Source: Nitrosopumilus sp. (GTDB lineage: Archaea; Thermoproteota; Nitrososphaeria; Nitrososphaerales; Nitrosopumilaceae). Taken from it: a stretch of DNA of 64,000 nucleotides. A program made the position numbers and the translations under genes. The notes beneath the pieces are model-generated. The model saw only the letters and a program-made list of their open reading frames with translations. It made no database searches and was not told the origin of the DNA. Of the stretch, positions 8,570-19,144 are shown piece by piece. Positions within the stretch are counted from its first letter, which is position 1; each line of letters begins with the position of its first letter. The stretch spans positions 1,696,001 through 1,760,000 of the forward strand of contig OZ241981.1 in NCBI GenBank assembly GCA_965204345.1, in the 5' to 3' direction.

Positions 8570-11500
8570 CTATGCAAATCCAAACAGGGATCTAAAAAAG
8601 TCTGTAATTACATCAAAGAAACCCTTTTGATCCTCGGAGATTCTCTGCGAATCTGCAGGCACACACTCTCCGCCTACCATCTGCGTTCCTGAGCTGCATG
8701 ATGACCCTTGATCATTACCAGTACCTGTGCCGGTTTGGGATGGTTCTGAATCGGTCACAGTCGTTGTCGACTTTATCTCTGTTTCTGCGGTTGGTTCTCC
8801 TGAGTCTGTCTTTTCACTCAAATCCGGTACCGGAGGTTCTGGCTTCATCCCTGTTTCTGCGGATGGTTCTGGGTCCATCTTTTTCATTCCTTCTTCTTCC
8901 TTCTCCTCCTCCCCCTCATTCAAACCTGGCACTTGTGGTTCTGGGTCCATTAGATTCTGGACTGCTCCAACCTGGGTATTGTTTGCAGGTATGCTTTGTT
9001 CTGGGGAATACTTGCCACTGCTTCCTCCACCACCGCCACCACCGCCACCACCGCCACCACCACTGCGGCTACTAGAAGGTGTGGATGGTGTAGGTTCTAC
9101 AGAAACCATAGAGAATGAGCCAAATGAGCTAAAGTGCGTGGTCCAGATGATCATATCAGGGCCGGCACGAACAAAACATGATTCCAATGTGGTGTCAGCA
9201 CCAATATTGTCATTGGCAGTATCCTGATTGACAGGAACAAACGGACATACAACCAGTGATCGTGATATCACATTGCCATCAGCATCGTTTCCTGAGAAGA
9301 AGGCACCCTCATGGCCTGCCTGGTCAGGCAAGAGTAACCTGACTGCCTGATCAAATGTTAATCTAGTGTTACCATCACCGACCGAGAATGCCAGTCCTAT
9401 CTCATCATTTGAGGTTGGAGGATCAACCGCAGTACCGGTAGTAGTAACAAGGGTTGGAACGGCAATGGTGCCACTCCAATCATCAGATGAGCCAGTTACA
9501 ACGACACTAGCTGGATAAGTGACAGTGACAGTTTGGGAATCAGAGACCTCAGAGGTGACCTCAGTTGTAGAATCAGAAATTCTCACACTCTTTGTTCCGC
9601 TTGCAGCATCATCAGCAAACGTTGGGGTGGCATTAAAGTCAAGCAGCTGGCCATCAGTGGCAATAATTGTGTCAGGTAATGTATCAGATACCACATTAAG
9701 GGTGATCAGATTTGAGGATGGCTCATATGTCACTACGCCACCATCGCCTCCAGAGGGAATATCGGCCTCAATTTCATCTCCTGTGGTGCTGATGGTGATG
9801 GTAACTGAATTAGATGCCTCATTGGGGTTGCCTGCAAGGTCTGCTGCCATACCTGCACCTATTGATACGGTTACTGTTCCGTCAGATGAGCCGCGAGCCA
9901 CATTAAAGGTGTAGACACTGCCTTCTCCGCCAATGTTGGATGCTGTCGGGGTACCACCGTTTACAGTACCAGTTACTGTAATGTCATCTAGATCAAAGTT
10001 CTCAATCTCCTCATCAAATGTTGTTGTAAACGTTACGGGGTCATCGCCAGTAATAGTACCATTGGCAGGCGTGATAGATACGGATGGGTTTACCATGTCC
10101 ACTGTAATAGTATGTACAGCACCCGTGTTGCCCCCTGCCACCACACCATCAGGTATGCTTACTGTAAGCTGACCCTCTCCAGTGATCCCGTGTATGACTG
10201 TAAAGTCGTATTGTGCACCACTGGTTCCATTAAAGTCAGTTATCAGGATATCTGGTGCCTGTGTCCTGCCAATTTCCACAACGACGGAATTTTCCCCTCC
10301 AAGATCAAGACTAATCTCAGAGTTAGATACCTGGGTTCCGTCAATTGCCACAACGATGTCAGACCGCTCAAATCCTGTGACATTGCCGCTAAATGTCGCA
10401 GTAAATGGGATGGCCTCAGAGTTGGTAGGATCAGATGTATCAGTACTCAGGGATACGGATGGGACAGTGGTGTCTATTCTAACGGTAACTGAATTAGATG
10501 CGGTGTTGGGGTTGCCTACAACATCTGCTGCCACTCCTGTTGCAACTGATACAGTTACGGTTCCATCAGATGATATACTTGCAACATCAAAGATGTATGT
10601 GCGGGCATCAACTGTCTCAAAGCCGGTTGCTTCAAGGATGCCGCCGTTGGCATCGCCTGCCACTGTAATGTCATCTACGATAAAGTCCCTAACGTCCTCG
10701 TCAAATTCTACTGTAAATGGTACCGTATCAAGTCCGGTGCTGCTGCCTGCAGACGAACTTACAGAGACAGTTGGGGCAAGGGTGTCTATGGTAACTGTAA
10801 CTGAATTTGACGCGGTGTTGGGGTTGTCTGCTGCATCTGTTAGCGCGTTTGCATCTATGGTTACGGTCACTGTTCCGTCTGTGGAGCCGCGTGCCACATC
10901 AAAGGTGTGGACACTGCCTGCTCCGCCAAGGTTGGATGCTATGGGACTGCCGTTATTTGCTGTACCCGTTACTGTAATGGCACCTAGACCAAAGTCGACA
11001 TCCTTGTTGAATGTTACCGTAAATGGTACCGTAGTTAGGTTGGTGCTCTCACCTGCAGTTGTAGTTACAGAGACGGTTAGGGGAATGGTGTCGGGATTGT
11101 CTGGAGGGTCTGTTGGATCTACATCTCTGACAGTAACTATCTGTGTAAGAGTTGCGGTATTTCCTGAATCATCAGTGGCAGTCCATACCACACTGTGTGT
11201 TCCAACGGCAAATGATGCAGTATCACTGGCAGTTACAGCAACAACGTCTGAATCCACTATATCAGTTGCAGCTGGCGCGCTTATTGATACGGGTGTAAGT
11301 TCTGCTGTGGCATCCACAGTTATTGGTGCAGGCTGTACTATTGTGGGAGGAGTGGTATCCTCCAGAGTTACAGTGCTAGTTGTTGTAGAGATATTTCCAG
11401 ATTCGTCAGTGGCAGTCCATACGATTATGGTATCACCCAGAGGAAACGATGCAGTTGCGTTGCTAGTTATGGTAAAAGGAAAGATATCTGTTACTGTGGG

Positions 11501-14500
11501 GTCTGCCAGCTGTATTGCAGTTAATGATGAGGTAGCCTCTGCTGTAACATTTTCAGGCTTTTGTATTACCGGTGGTGTTGTGTCTTGTACGGTTATCGTC
11601 TGTGCTGCAGTATCTGCGTTTCCTGCAGCATCTGTGGCAGTCCATGTAACTGTTGTGGAGCCAAGTGGGAAATTGTCTGGTGGTACGTCGTGAGTTATGT
11701 CAGGGCTTGGATCTGCATTGTCTGTAGCTGATGCCGTACCAGTATCAACAGGTGTACGAATGCCGGTAGCCTCTACAGTGAGATCAGCAGGAGCTGTAAT
11801 TACAGGTCTTGTGGTATCTGGAGGGTCAGGATTGTCGTCGCCGTCGTCACTAGTTATAAAAACATGAAACAACCCACTACCAAATATGCCAGATGTCGCA
11901 ATTATGCGAACAGGATAAGTGCCAACGGTGGCGTTATGCGGAGAGATGGTAATGTCTGCCGTACCACTACCAGTACGGGATATGCTGACAAAATCTGGGG
12001 CTTGTTCGAAATGCCACGAAATTGGTCTATTGTTGGGATGCGTTGCAGACACGCTTACAGTACGGGTCTCTCCGTTACGCAAAGTGATATCATCAATGGA
12101 TTCTATTACCGGAAATATACTTGGGATGAAGTTTGTGGTGGATGTGGGGCGTGACTGTGAATCACTTCCACCAAAGCCAAAATCAGAACCAACATAGGTT
12201 ACTGTAATTGGTGTATCATATGGAATGCCTGATGTCCTCAAAAACCTTGTGTCAGGGCTCCTCAAAATATTAGTGACCGAGGTGACTGTTCCATCAGACA
12301 GACTAAAATCACTTGATGTAAAATTAGTATAAAATTCTACAGGGAACTGTAGAATAATGGTGAAGGTAGTTGTCAATTCGGATGTAAATGTTAATGGTAG
12401 TGGTGAGATGTTAAAATTATCAATCTCTACGAATTCATTGTCTCTGTTTGAGTCTGCCACAAATCGCAGTAATGTCTGTGATTGATCACGTAGGTTAAGT
12501 GTCAGGGCTTCAGAGTGCCAGTTGTCGGTATTATTCCCATTGATACGAGTATATCGTTCCAGTGTTCTCCAGCTGAAATCTTCCAGATACTGCACATACA
12601 GACCTTCATCTGAGTTAATTCTCCTATCAACAAATCTATCAAAGGACACTACAAGTGGGTTTCCTGTGTCTATTGGCTGGTTAAGTCTAATAACACACTG
12701 GAAATCACAGTCTCTAGATGTTGCCACCGTATTGCCGCTAGCAGAACCTGGAATGGTTTTGTGGGCATTTTTTATCTCCCACACGCCATTGCCAGATTGG
12801 CTCCAATTATCAAGCGTGTTAAAACTGTCAGTCATTATGTTTGATGACGGGGGTGGATCGTTTGGGATTGCAAAGATCATGTGGTGAAGTATCATAATGT
12901 CATGTGAAGAATCATTGTCTGTACCTTCCCATGCAGTATAGAAATCTCCAAAACTACGGTATGGTCTATTCTTAAATACATCAATAATTTCATCATCGCC
13001 TAATTGCAGGTTATCTAAGTTAGTACCGTTACTGCTTTGTTCTAAATTGTCAAATATTTCATCAACGTTATGATCTTTGATATCCCATAGCGCTCCGGCT
13101 ACCTGTCCTTGAACTAATTGTCCAACAAGATGAACGTTATCTACTGGGAAAAAAGCTAAAAATCTATCATCATCAGGGAAGGACTCTAACCTGTCTTGCT
13201 CCAAATCAATACTACTAAAAGTGTCACGTTGGAAATTTGACGAATTGGTAACTAAATGAGGAACAAAATTAGCCCAACCTTCTGTCCATGCACATCTAGG
13301 ATTAGTTGGGAGATGAAGATAATGACCTCTCTCACCGACATCATCAAAATCGCCATCATTGTTTATATCAGTGTAACAAGGCTGACGCAGGAGTGGAAAT
13401 ACACCTTGTATATCCATAATATGGTGGCCAAATTCATGTAATATGATAAGTTTGCTTAAAGCCTGATCACTGGCAGAAGATCTCTCACCGTCAAGCCACA
13501 TAATGTTGGCTGATCGTAAATATGCAGCACCGTTACTGGCACTGTCTGGAAAAACACTAGCACCACTATCAGGCTCCCACTTTACAGTAAGCCTCTCAGG
13601 AGAAATACCGTGATGACTAAATAAATCACGACCATCAGAGATCGCATTGATTATACCGGCAGCTCTTGCATTACTGCCATTCAATACAAAATCAAACATT
13701 CTTGTATCCTGACTAAAGTTCAAAACTCTGGTAGATGATTCTGTATAAACACGTTGAGATAAACCTTCCACAACTAAATCACTTGCGCCCTTGGAACTAA
13801 CTCTGATAACTAGATCAACATTTGATGCATCAGAAGGATCATCATTTTGGATAGAATCTATGTGATATCCTCCCATGTTGGATGTAAATGTGCAGGCCCT
13901 GCTATTGTCAGTTGTAAACAATACGGTCTCTGTACCGTCAGATTCAGGATAATCATAGGCACAGACTTCTATCCCATTGATGGGTTCTGTGTTGTTGGAA
14001 AAATAAATTGGAGCAGATACAGAGCCTGTAATGGAAAAGGTGTTGGAAGAAGAGTCTTCTGCTGTTGCTGCTGCACCATCAGACGTCTCCTGAGTTGTAT
14101 CTACGGGGAATGCTGGGGCAGCAGCGGTATCTGTGGAGGAGCCGGTTGCCGCTGCTGTTACTGCACCATCAGATGTGTCATGAGGGCCAGTGTAATCTGC
14201 CTCGTATCTTTCCATTGCATCATCTACTTCCGCCTGCGTGAAATTAGAGTGACTCAAAATACTTTTTACATCATCCAATGGAAGAGATTTATCAACAAGC
14301 CATCCAATTAAATCATCATTAACTTTGCCAATATCATTGACAGCTATCTCGCCCAAAAGTTGCAGATGGTTGGCATATATTTCAGCTACTCTTTCCTCCG
14401 TCAAAATCTCATTAACTATCTCATCTTTGGGTCCTGGTTTATTGCCAAGTCTGCTATCTTTTTGAGGTGCAAAAGATTCAGGACTAGATGCACTAGCTAA

Positions 14501-15337
14501 AATGTCGTGATCCAAAAACGTGTATCCCTCATCCATATACTCATTTTCGGGCATAGAATGCTCATCAGATATTGCAAGGTAGACACCGCCACTGGATTCT
14601 AAAGGATCAAAGCGCAATGCATCAATTTCAATAAATCCCTCCTCTAGAATTTCTATAGTAACCATCACGGTATAAGCCCTGTCCGGCACGGGATCATCTA
14701 CTACATATCCGACATTATTATCAAATGACTCAAAGCTGGTTGGATCATCAGAGCCCGCATTTGTTGTGGCATCATCATGAAACAAAACTTTGTCATCGGG
14801 ATTGGTAAATACTTTTAGTGTGAATGGTTCCATGTATGGTTCAAAATTTATATTGTCAGTATAGACACCGGTAAAATTTACCAAGGCAGTCTGACCCACC
14901 TTGGGCAATTCTGAGAGTTCTAAAGAATAACTGTGTATAAGAATTCCCGACGATGATAACATTGAAGATTCTTTGTAATCAGCAATAATCTGCTTTTCTT
15001 TGTCAGTAAATACATGCGTGTCTGTCTGGCTTGTGATCTTTTTATTTAAGGACTCGTGAGCTTTTTGGGATGTTTCTGGTGTATATGCCGTCATGGTATA
15101 GCTGCTGCTGCCCCTGTCTACTAATTTCATCGCAGAATCACCAGTTAGGCAAACTGGCTTGCCTGCAAGAGTCACCATCAGAATCTTGCCGTCATTGCAC
15201 TGAATCATGTCCATTGGTATGCCTGCATGATGCTGGTCCAGTGGCGAGTCCGGGATTGCAGCATGTGTTGGCATCATCACTGCCACCATCATCACGGTAA
15301 CCAAAACCAAAAGTTTCGACACTGCGATTCCGGCCAT
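8570..15337 (-). CDS. Giant secreted/surface protein: HExxH zinc-metalloprotease-like domain, jelly-roll domain, HYR and Ig-like repeats, poly-Gly linker, acidic tail
   Basis: Signal peptide; ILHEFGHH plus AWTEGWANF; three HYR-like units (DTTxPxI...FPLGxTTVTWTATD..GN); DAAxN/DLAGN Ig repeats; C-terminal GFFDVITDFFRSLFG. Confidence 0.8.
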   Translation of the reverse strand: MAGIAVSKLLVLVTVMMVAVMMPTHAAIPDSPLDQHHAGIPMDMIQCNDGKILMVTLAGKPVCLTGDSAMKLVDRGSSSYTMTAYTPETSQKAHESLNKKITSQTDTHVFTDKEKQIIADYKESSMLSSSGILIHSYSLELSELPKVGQTALVNFTGVYTDNINFEPYMEPFTLKVFTNPDDKVLFHDDATTNAGSDDPTSFESFDNNVGYVVDDPVPDRAYTVMVTIEILEEGFIEIDALRFDPLESSGGVYLAISDEHSMPENEYMDEGYTFLDHDILASASSPESFAPQKDSRLGNKPGPKDEIVNEILTEERVAEIYANHLQLLGEIAVNDIGKVNDDLIGWLVDKSLPLDDVKSILSHSNFTQAEVDDAMERYEADYTGPHDTSDGAVTAAATGSSTDTAAAPAFPVDTTQETSDGAAATAEDSSSNTFSITGSVSAPIYFSNNTEPINGIEVCAYDYPESDGTETVLFTTDNSRACTFTSNMGGYHIDSIQNDDPSDASNVDLVIRVSSKGASDLVVEGLSQRVYTESSTRVLNFSQDTRMFDFVLNGSNARAAGIINAISDGRDLFSHHGISPERLTVKWEPDSGASVFPDSASNGAAYLRSANIMWLDGERSSASDQALSKLIILHEFGHHIMDIQGVFPLLRQPCYTDINNDGDFDDVGERGHYLHLPTNPRCAWTEGWANFVPHLVTNSSNFQRDTFSSIDLEQDRLESFPDDDRFLAFFPVDNVHLVGQLVQGQVAGALWDIKDHNVDEIFDNLEQSSNGTNLDNLQLGDDEIIDVFKNRPYRSFGDFYTAWEGTDNDSSHDIMILHHMIFAIPNDPPPSSNIMTDSFNTLDNWSQSGNGVWEIKNAHKTIPGSASGNTVATSRDCDFQCVIRLNQPIDTGNPLVVSFDRFVDRRINSDEGLYVQYLEDFSWRTLERYTRINGNNTDNWHSEALTLNLRDQSQTLLRFVADSNRDNEFVEIDNFNISPLPLTFTSELTTTFTIILQFPVEFYTNFTSSDFSLSDGTVTSVTNILRSPDTRFLRTSGIPYDTPITVTYVGSDFGFGGSDSQSRPTSTTNFIPSIFPVIESIDDITLRNGETRTVSVSATHPNNRPISWHFEQAPDFVSISRTGSGTADITISPHNATVGTYPVRIIATSGIFGSGLFHVFITSDDGDDNPDPPDTTRPVITAPADLTVEATGIRTPVDTGTASATDNADPSPDITHDVPPDNFPLGSTTVTWTATDAAGNADTAAQTITVQDTTPPVIQKPENVTAEATSSLTAIQLADPTVTDIFPFTITSNATASFPLGDTIIVWTATDESGNISTTTSTVTLEDTTPPTIVQPAPITVDATAELTPVSISAPAATDIVDSDVVAVTASDTASFAVGTHSVVWTATDDSGNTATLTQIVTVRDVDPTDPPDNPDTIPLTVSVTTTAGESTNLTTVPFTVTFNKDVDFGLGAITVTGTANNGSPIASNLGGAGSVHTFDVARGSTDGTVTVTIDANALTDAADNPNTASNSVTVTIDTLAPTVSVSSSAGSSTGLDTVPFTVEFDEDVRDFIVDDITVAGDANGGILEATGFETVDARTYIFDVASISSDGTVTVSVATGVAADVVGNPNTASNSVTVRIDTTVPSVSLSTDTSDPTNSEAIPFTATFSGNVTGFERSDIVVAIDGTQVSNSEISLDLGGENSVVVEIGRTQAPDILITDFNGTSGAQYDFTVIHGITGEGQLTVSIPDGVVAGGNTGAVHTITVDMVNPSVSITPANGTITGDDPVTFTTTFDEEIENFDLDDITVTGTVNGGTPTASNIGGEGSVYTFNVARGSSDGTVTVSIGAGMAADLAGNPNEASNSVTITISTTGDEIEADIPSGGDGGVVTYEPSSNLITLNVVSDTLPDTIIATDGQLLDFNATPTFADDAASGTKSVRISDSTTEVTSEVSDSQTVTVTYPASVVVTGSSDDWSGTIAVPTLVTTTGTAVDPPTSNDEIGLAFSVGDGNTRLTFDQAVRLLLPDQAGHEGAFFSGNDADGNVISRSLVVCPFVPVNQDTANDNIGADTTLESCFVRAGPDMIIWTTHFSSFGSFSMVSVEPTPSTPSSSRSGGGGGGGGGGGGGSSGKYSPEQSIPANNTQVGAVQNLMDPEPQVPGLNEGEEEKEEEGMKKMDPEPSAETGMKPEPPVPDLSEKTDSGEPTAETEIKSTTTVTDSEPSQTGTGTGNDQGSSCSSGTQMVGGECVPADSQRISEDQKGFFDVITDFFRSLFGFA

Positions 15338-15378
15338 AAATAGTGGTGGGTATGCTTTATTATTAATGATAACAACGC

Positions 15379-15699
15379 GGTTCTGTTGCGTTCATGAGGG
15401 ATAGGCACGAGAGATAAATTTAGGATATTGTTGAATCTTGAGGCGTTTTCTGATTTTCAAACTGATGTTCATTTAGTGTAGTGAGATTATTTCTCCGATA
15501 TTGATCAAGGAACTAGAGGAAACAACCACAACAAAGCAAATCTTGATGATTTTAAGATGAACACGGTAAATGCAACGGACAATTCTGGTAAGTTTCGATG
15601 ATCTGATCACTGGAATTTACCAGTGCCGTTTGTAGGTCTTGATTAAAACTTGTGCGATCAAACAGATTCGTGTATATCCCTCATGAACGCAACAAAATC
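15379..15699 (-). mobile_element. MITE copy 2, inverted relative to copy 1
   Basis: GGTTCTGTTGCGTTCATGAGGGATAGGCACGA...TCGTGTATATCCCTCATGAACGCAACAAAATC; reverse complement of 5044-5362 with few mismatches. Confidence 0.85.
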
Positions 15700-15743
15700 G
15701 TTTTTTGGAATAAGATATAACAAGGTTCCTTATTTTTTCCTGT

Positions 15744-17345
15744 ATGAAGACTAAAGGCGTCATTGTAACCATCTTTTTTGGATTTATTCTGCTCTCTTCT
15801 ACTGTGCTTATCACTCTGCCTGGCATTGTTCCTGAAGATGAATCTGCCGAAGTTACAATTACTGGAACTCCCGCTGATAACTTTCCTGATGCGCAACGTG
15901 GACAATTTTGTGGCTCTAGTGATGCAAAATCCACAAAGTATGTTCAAGAATTTTCAATTCCCACAATGTGCACAAACCCATTAGCTATAGTGACTGATTA
16001 TGATGGAAATGTCTGGTTTACTGAAACTAATACTGGCAACTTGGCAAAATTTGATCCTACTACTGAATCTTTTACCGAATACCAGAATCCCTCGTGGCCT
16101 GACGGTGGACGTTCCATGATGTGGGGTATTGACTATGCCCCTGATGGCAATGTCTGGTTTACTGATGAATCCTATGATTCAGTATGGAAGTTCTCCACAA
16201 TTGATGAGACTTATGACAGATTGGCATATCCTTCTGAAGGAGACTCTTTGCCTCAGAAATTAAAAATTGATGGCTCTCAAATTATTATAAATGATTTTAC
16301 TGGAAACAAGCTCACCTTTTTAGATCCCAGTCAGTCCGGCGAGGATATCAACTATCTTAGCATTCCCTCCCCAGTAGATGATTCTGTAACCGGTGACTTT
16401 GCAATAGATGCAGATGATAATGTCTGGTTTACTAATTGGCTCTTTCAACAGGGCGGTGTCCTGGTAAAATTTGATCAGATTGGCTATCGTGATTCTGTCG
16501 TAAGTTCTAATGAACAATTCCTTCCATTGCTTGATTTCATTGAAATCCATGAGCTGCCTGTGGAATTAAACACCCCTAATGGTGCCATAGTTGATGATGA
16601 CGGGTTTGTCTGGTTGGCCGATACCACATCGTCTTCCTTCTTTAGTTTTGATCCCGTGGCTGAACAGTTTACCCACTATGTTACCTCTGATCCTGTATTG
16701 AGTACATATGGAAACCAAACAGGAGTTGTAAAATCCCCAATCTCTAGGCCCTATTGGATTGAGTCTGATGGACAGGGACGCATTATTTTCAACGAACAGA
16801 CTGCAAACAACATCTCCGTAATGGACCCAAAATCCCAATCACTTGTTGAATATCACGTTCCCTCAAAAAATCCATACTGGGGTGACTGTGATCCTGGGAC
16901 CGGCATTATGCTAGCTGACTGTGGCGTTGCCCAAATCTTTGATTTTGCAGTTGATGGCGAAAAAATTTGGTTTACAGAGTGGGTTGAGAATAATATTGGT
17001 GTTGTTGATACTTCTGTGCCATTGCCAATGGAAATTCAATTGGAATCTGACGAACTGACTTTGGCATCCGGGGATTCTGCACACTTTAACTTTATTGTAT
17101 CCCCATTATCTAATGATAATGATGATGATCTGGATGTAACATTGATTTTATCCCCCGCACACAAGTTCTTACAGGTAGCCCTTGATCATGATAGCGTTGA
17201 ATCCTTCCGGCTTGACTCCAATACCCCTGTTCATATCTCAATAACTGCATCTGAGAATGCCGAGCCTGGCACCTACAAGATTCTTCTTGGCGCACAATCC
17301 CCGGACATTGCAATCAGCAAGTATGTAACAGTGACAATAGAGTGA
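15744..17345 (+). CDS. Vgb (virginiamycin B lyase)-like beta-propeller, membrane-anchored
   Basis: Repeated P..I..D.DGNVWFTE blades; N-terminal hydrophobic segment. Confidence 0.8.
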   Translation: MKTKGVIVTIFFGFILLSSTVLITLPGIVPEDESAEVTITGTPADNFPDAQRGQFCGSSDAKSTKYVQEFSIPTMCTNPLAIVTDYDGNVWFTETNTGNLAKFDPTTESFTEYQNPSWPDGGRSMMWGIDYAPDGNVWFTDESYDSVWKFSTIDETYDRLAYPSEGDSLPQKLKIDGSQIIINDFTGNKLTFLDPSQSGEDINYLSIPSPVDDSVTGDFAIDADDNVWFTNWLFQQGGVLVKFDQIGYRDSVVSSNEQFLPLLDFIEIHELPVELNTPNGAIVDDDGFVWLADTTSSSFFSFDPVAEQFTHYVTSDPVLSTYGNQTGVVKSPISRPYWIESDGQGRIIFNEQTANNISVMDPKSQSLVEYHVPSKNPYWGDCDPGTGIMLADCGVAQIFDFAVDGEKIWFTEWVENNIGVVDTSVPLPMEIQLESDELTLASGDSAHFNFIVSPLSNDNDDDLDVTLILSPAHKFLQVALDHDSVESFRLDSNTPVHISITASENAEPGTYKILLGAQSPDIAISKYVTVTIE

Positions 17346-18541
17346 TACCTCCTTTAGATCTTGAAATTGGGATTTCCGTATACAGTACTGCCTTTACTGG
17401 AATTGGGGGAAAGATAAGAGCTGATCCTGAAGATTTTCAAGTTAGTGAGCTAATTTCTACAAAGGCAAAAAATTCCATAGGTGATCAGGATGGGTATGCA
17501 GTTTACAAATTAAAAAAGAAAAATATTGACACCAGTCATGCCCTCTCTGACATTCTCCGAAGAAAAGGCACACGCCTTAAATCCCTTGGATTAAAAGACG
17601 CATCTGCTGTAACTGAGCAGTTTGTCTGTTCTGGTAACAAGGGAAGGGCAGTTGAAAATTTTTCAACTGAGAAATACACGCTTGAGAAAATCGGCTTTGT
17701 AAAAAAACCCCTCTCAAAAAAAGACATGATTGGAAATCATTTCAAACTAAGAATCTCTGAATCCCAAAACGGCCTCTCTGACTTTAAAGAACATGATAAA
17801 ATTCTAAATTTTTATGGCTATCAAAGATTTGGCTCCAAACGACCTGTCACACACCTGATTGGCAAGGCCATCTTGCAAAGGGACTTTCAAAAAGCAGTTG
17901 ACCTGATTTTATCTTTTACCTCCGTATATGATTCAAAAGAAAATACAGAGATTCGTGAGAAACTTGCCGATGAGGCAAATTATGAGCAGCTCCTTGATAA
18001 AATTCCTGTCCAAATGGACATTGAGAGAATCATTCTCAAAAAAATGATTGAGCATGGAGAGCCGGTACGTGCAATTCGAAACATCCCTGTATCCTTGAGA
18101 CGATTTTATGTTCAGGCATACCAGTCCTTTATTTTTAATCAGTCCCTCAGTTCTGCTTTCTCTGAGGGCGAAAATCTCTTTGAGGCACAGTCAGGCGATG
18201 TCTGTTTTGATCACGCCGGAATTATTGGCAAATATGTAAAAGGATTGGATCAAAACTTGGCATTGCCTTTTGTTGGTTACTCGTACTATAAAAAAACTAG
18301 ATTTGACTTTCAGATCTCAAAGGTATTGGATCTTGAGGAAATTTCCCCTAAAGACTTTTTCATTAAAGAAATGCAAGAAGTCAGCAATGAGGGAGGCTTT
18401 AGACAAGCAGCCATTGATTGTACAAACTATTCTACTTGTGATGATGACATGATAGAGTTTTCATTATCTAGGGGCTCCTTTGCAACTGTCTTGCTAAGAG
18501 AAGTAATGAAACCAAACAATCCCATGGCTGCCGGCTTTTGA
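17342..18541 (+). CDS. truD: tRNA pseudouridine(13) synthase TruD
   Basis: PEDFQVSE, GLKDASAVTEQ, GNHFKL, NFYGYQRFG, FSLSRGSFAT. Confidence 0.93.
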   Translation: MIPPLDLEIGISVYSTAFTGIGGKIRADPEDFQVSELISTKAKNSIGDQDGYAVYKLKKKNIDTSHALSDILRRKGTRLKSLGLKDASAVTEQFVCSGNKGRAVENFSTEKYTLEKIGFVKKPLSKKDMIGNHFKLRISESQNGLSDFKEHDKILNFYGYQRFGSKRPVTHLIGKAILQRDFQKAVDLILSFTSVYDSKENTEIREKLADEANYEQLLDKIPVQMDIERIILKKMIEHGEPVRAIRNIPVSLRRFYVQAYQSFIFNQSLSSAFSEGENLFEAQSGDVCFDHAGIIGKYVKGLDQNLALPFVGYSYYKKTRFDFQISKVLDLEEISPKDFFIKEMQEVSNEGGFRQAAIDCTNYSTCDDDMIEFSLSRGSFATVLLREVMKPNNPMAAGF

Positions 18542-18608
18542 GATCCATTTTTTAGGATTATTTTTAGATGTCTTTAAGTTGGTGTATTTTTAAGAAATTA
18601 CCAATCAT

Positions 18609-18839
18609 ATGGAAAAAGCTTACGTGCTGATCAGTTGTGAAATTGGGGAAGAACAGTCCCTGTACTCCCAACTAAAAGAGATTTCTGGGGTAAAAACATG
18701 CCTGATAACTTATGGAAGTTATGATATTGTTGCCGAGTTTGTTGCTGATAATAGTGCTCAAATCAATGAGATAATTGCCACTAGAATTAGAAAACTCCGA
18801 AAAATTAGAAGCACGATTACCCTGCGAGTTACCGACTAG
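18609..18839 (+). CDS. Lrp/AsnC ligand-binding domain protein
   Basis: AYVLISCEIG...TYGSYDIVA...IRSTITL. Confidence 0.85.
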   Translation: MEKAYVLISCEIGEEQSLYSQLKEISGVKTCLITYGSYDIVAEFVADNSAQINEIIATRIRKLRKIRSTITLRVTD

Positions 18840-19041
18840 TTCTTAATTTTAACACTATACAGCCTGCACCAGCTGATATTCCTCCCATGATGGCAACTTG
18901 TATGCCATAGACAATCCAGTCCGGATTTGAGTACATAAATGATGATTCGGGTCCCACTATTGACTGTCCTTGAAGATGAAAAATTATGCCAAAAATCATG
19001 ATGATCAATCCAATAACAACTAGCATTATCCCTATTTTCAT
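18829..19041 (-). CDS. Small membrane protein
   Basis: Two hydrophobic helices around QGQSIVGPESSFMYSNP. Confidence 0.7.
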   Translation of the reverse strand: MKIGIMLVVIGLIIMIFGIIFHLQGQSIVGPESSFMYSNPDWIVYGIQVAIMGGISAGAGCIVLKLRTSR

Positions 19042-19144
19042 GAATTTTGATTTGATTCCTACTAAAAAAGGGTAAACAGAATTGATAATTTGACCAAATG
19101 ATTTCTGGATTTGCTCTTTAATTATTTCCCTTTGAAATCATAAA

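Noticed and set aside
8698-14311. Many long + strand ORFs (e.g. 10182-11693, 503 aa) and similar ones at 35036-40330
   Set aside because: Antisense shadows of the Thr/Asp-rich giant genes; Val/Ser-rich with no motifs.
15617-15947. Minus-strand ORFs as a MITE transposase
   Set aside because: They overlap the vgb-like gene antisense and show no DDE motifs.
15744-17345. Antibiotic-resistance interpretation of the Vgb-like gene
   Set aside because: Only the propeller repeat is evident; such proteins are common in this lineage without a known resistance role.
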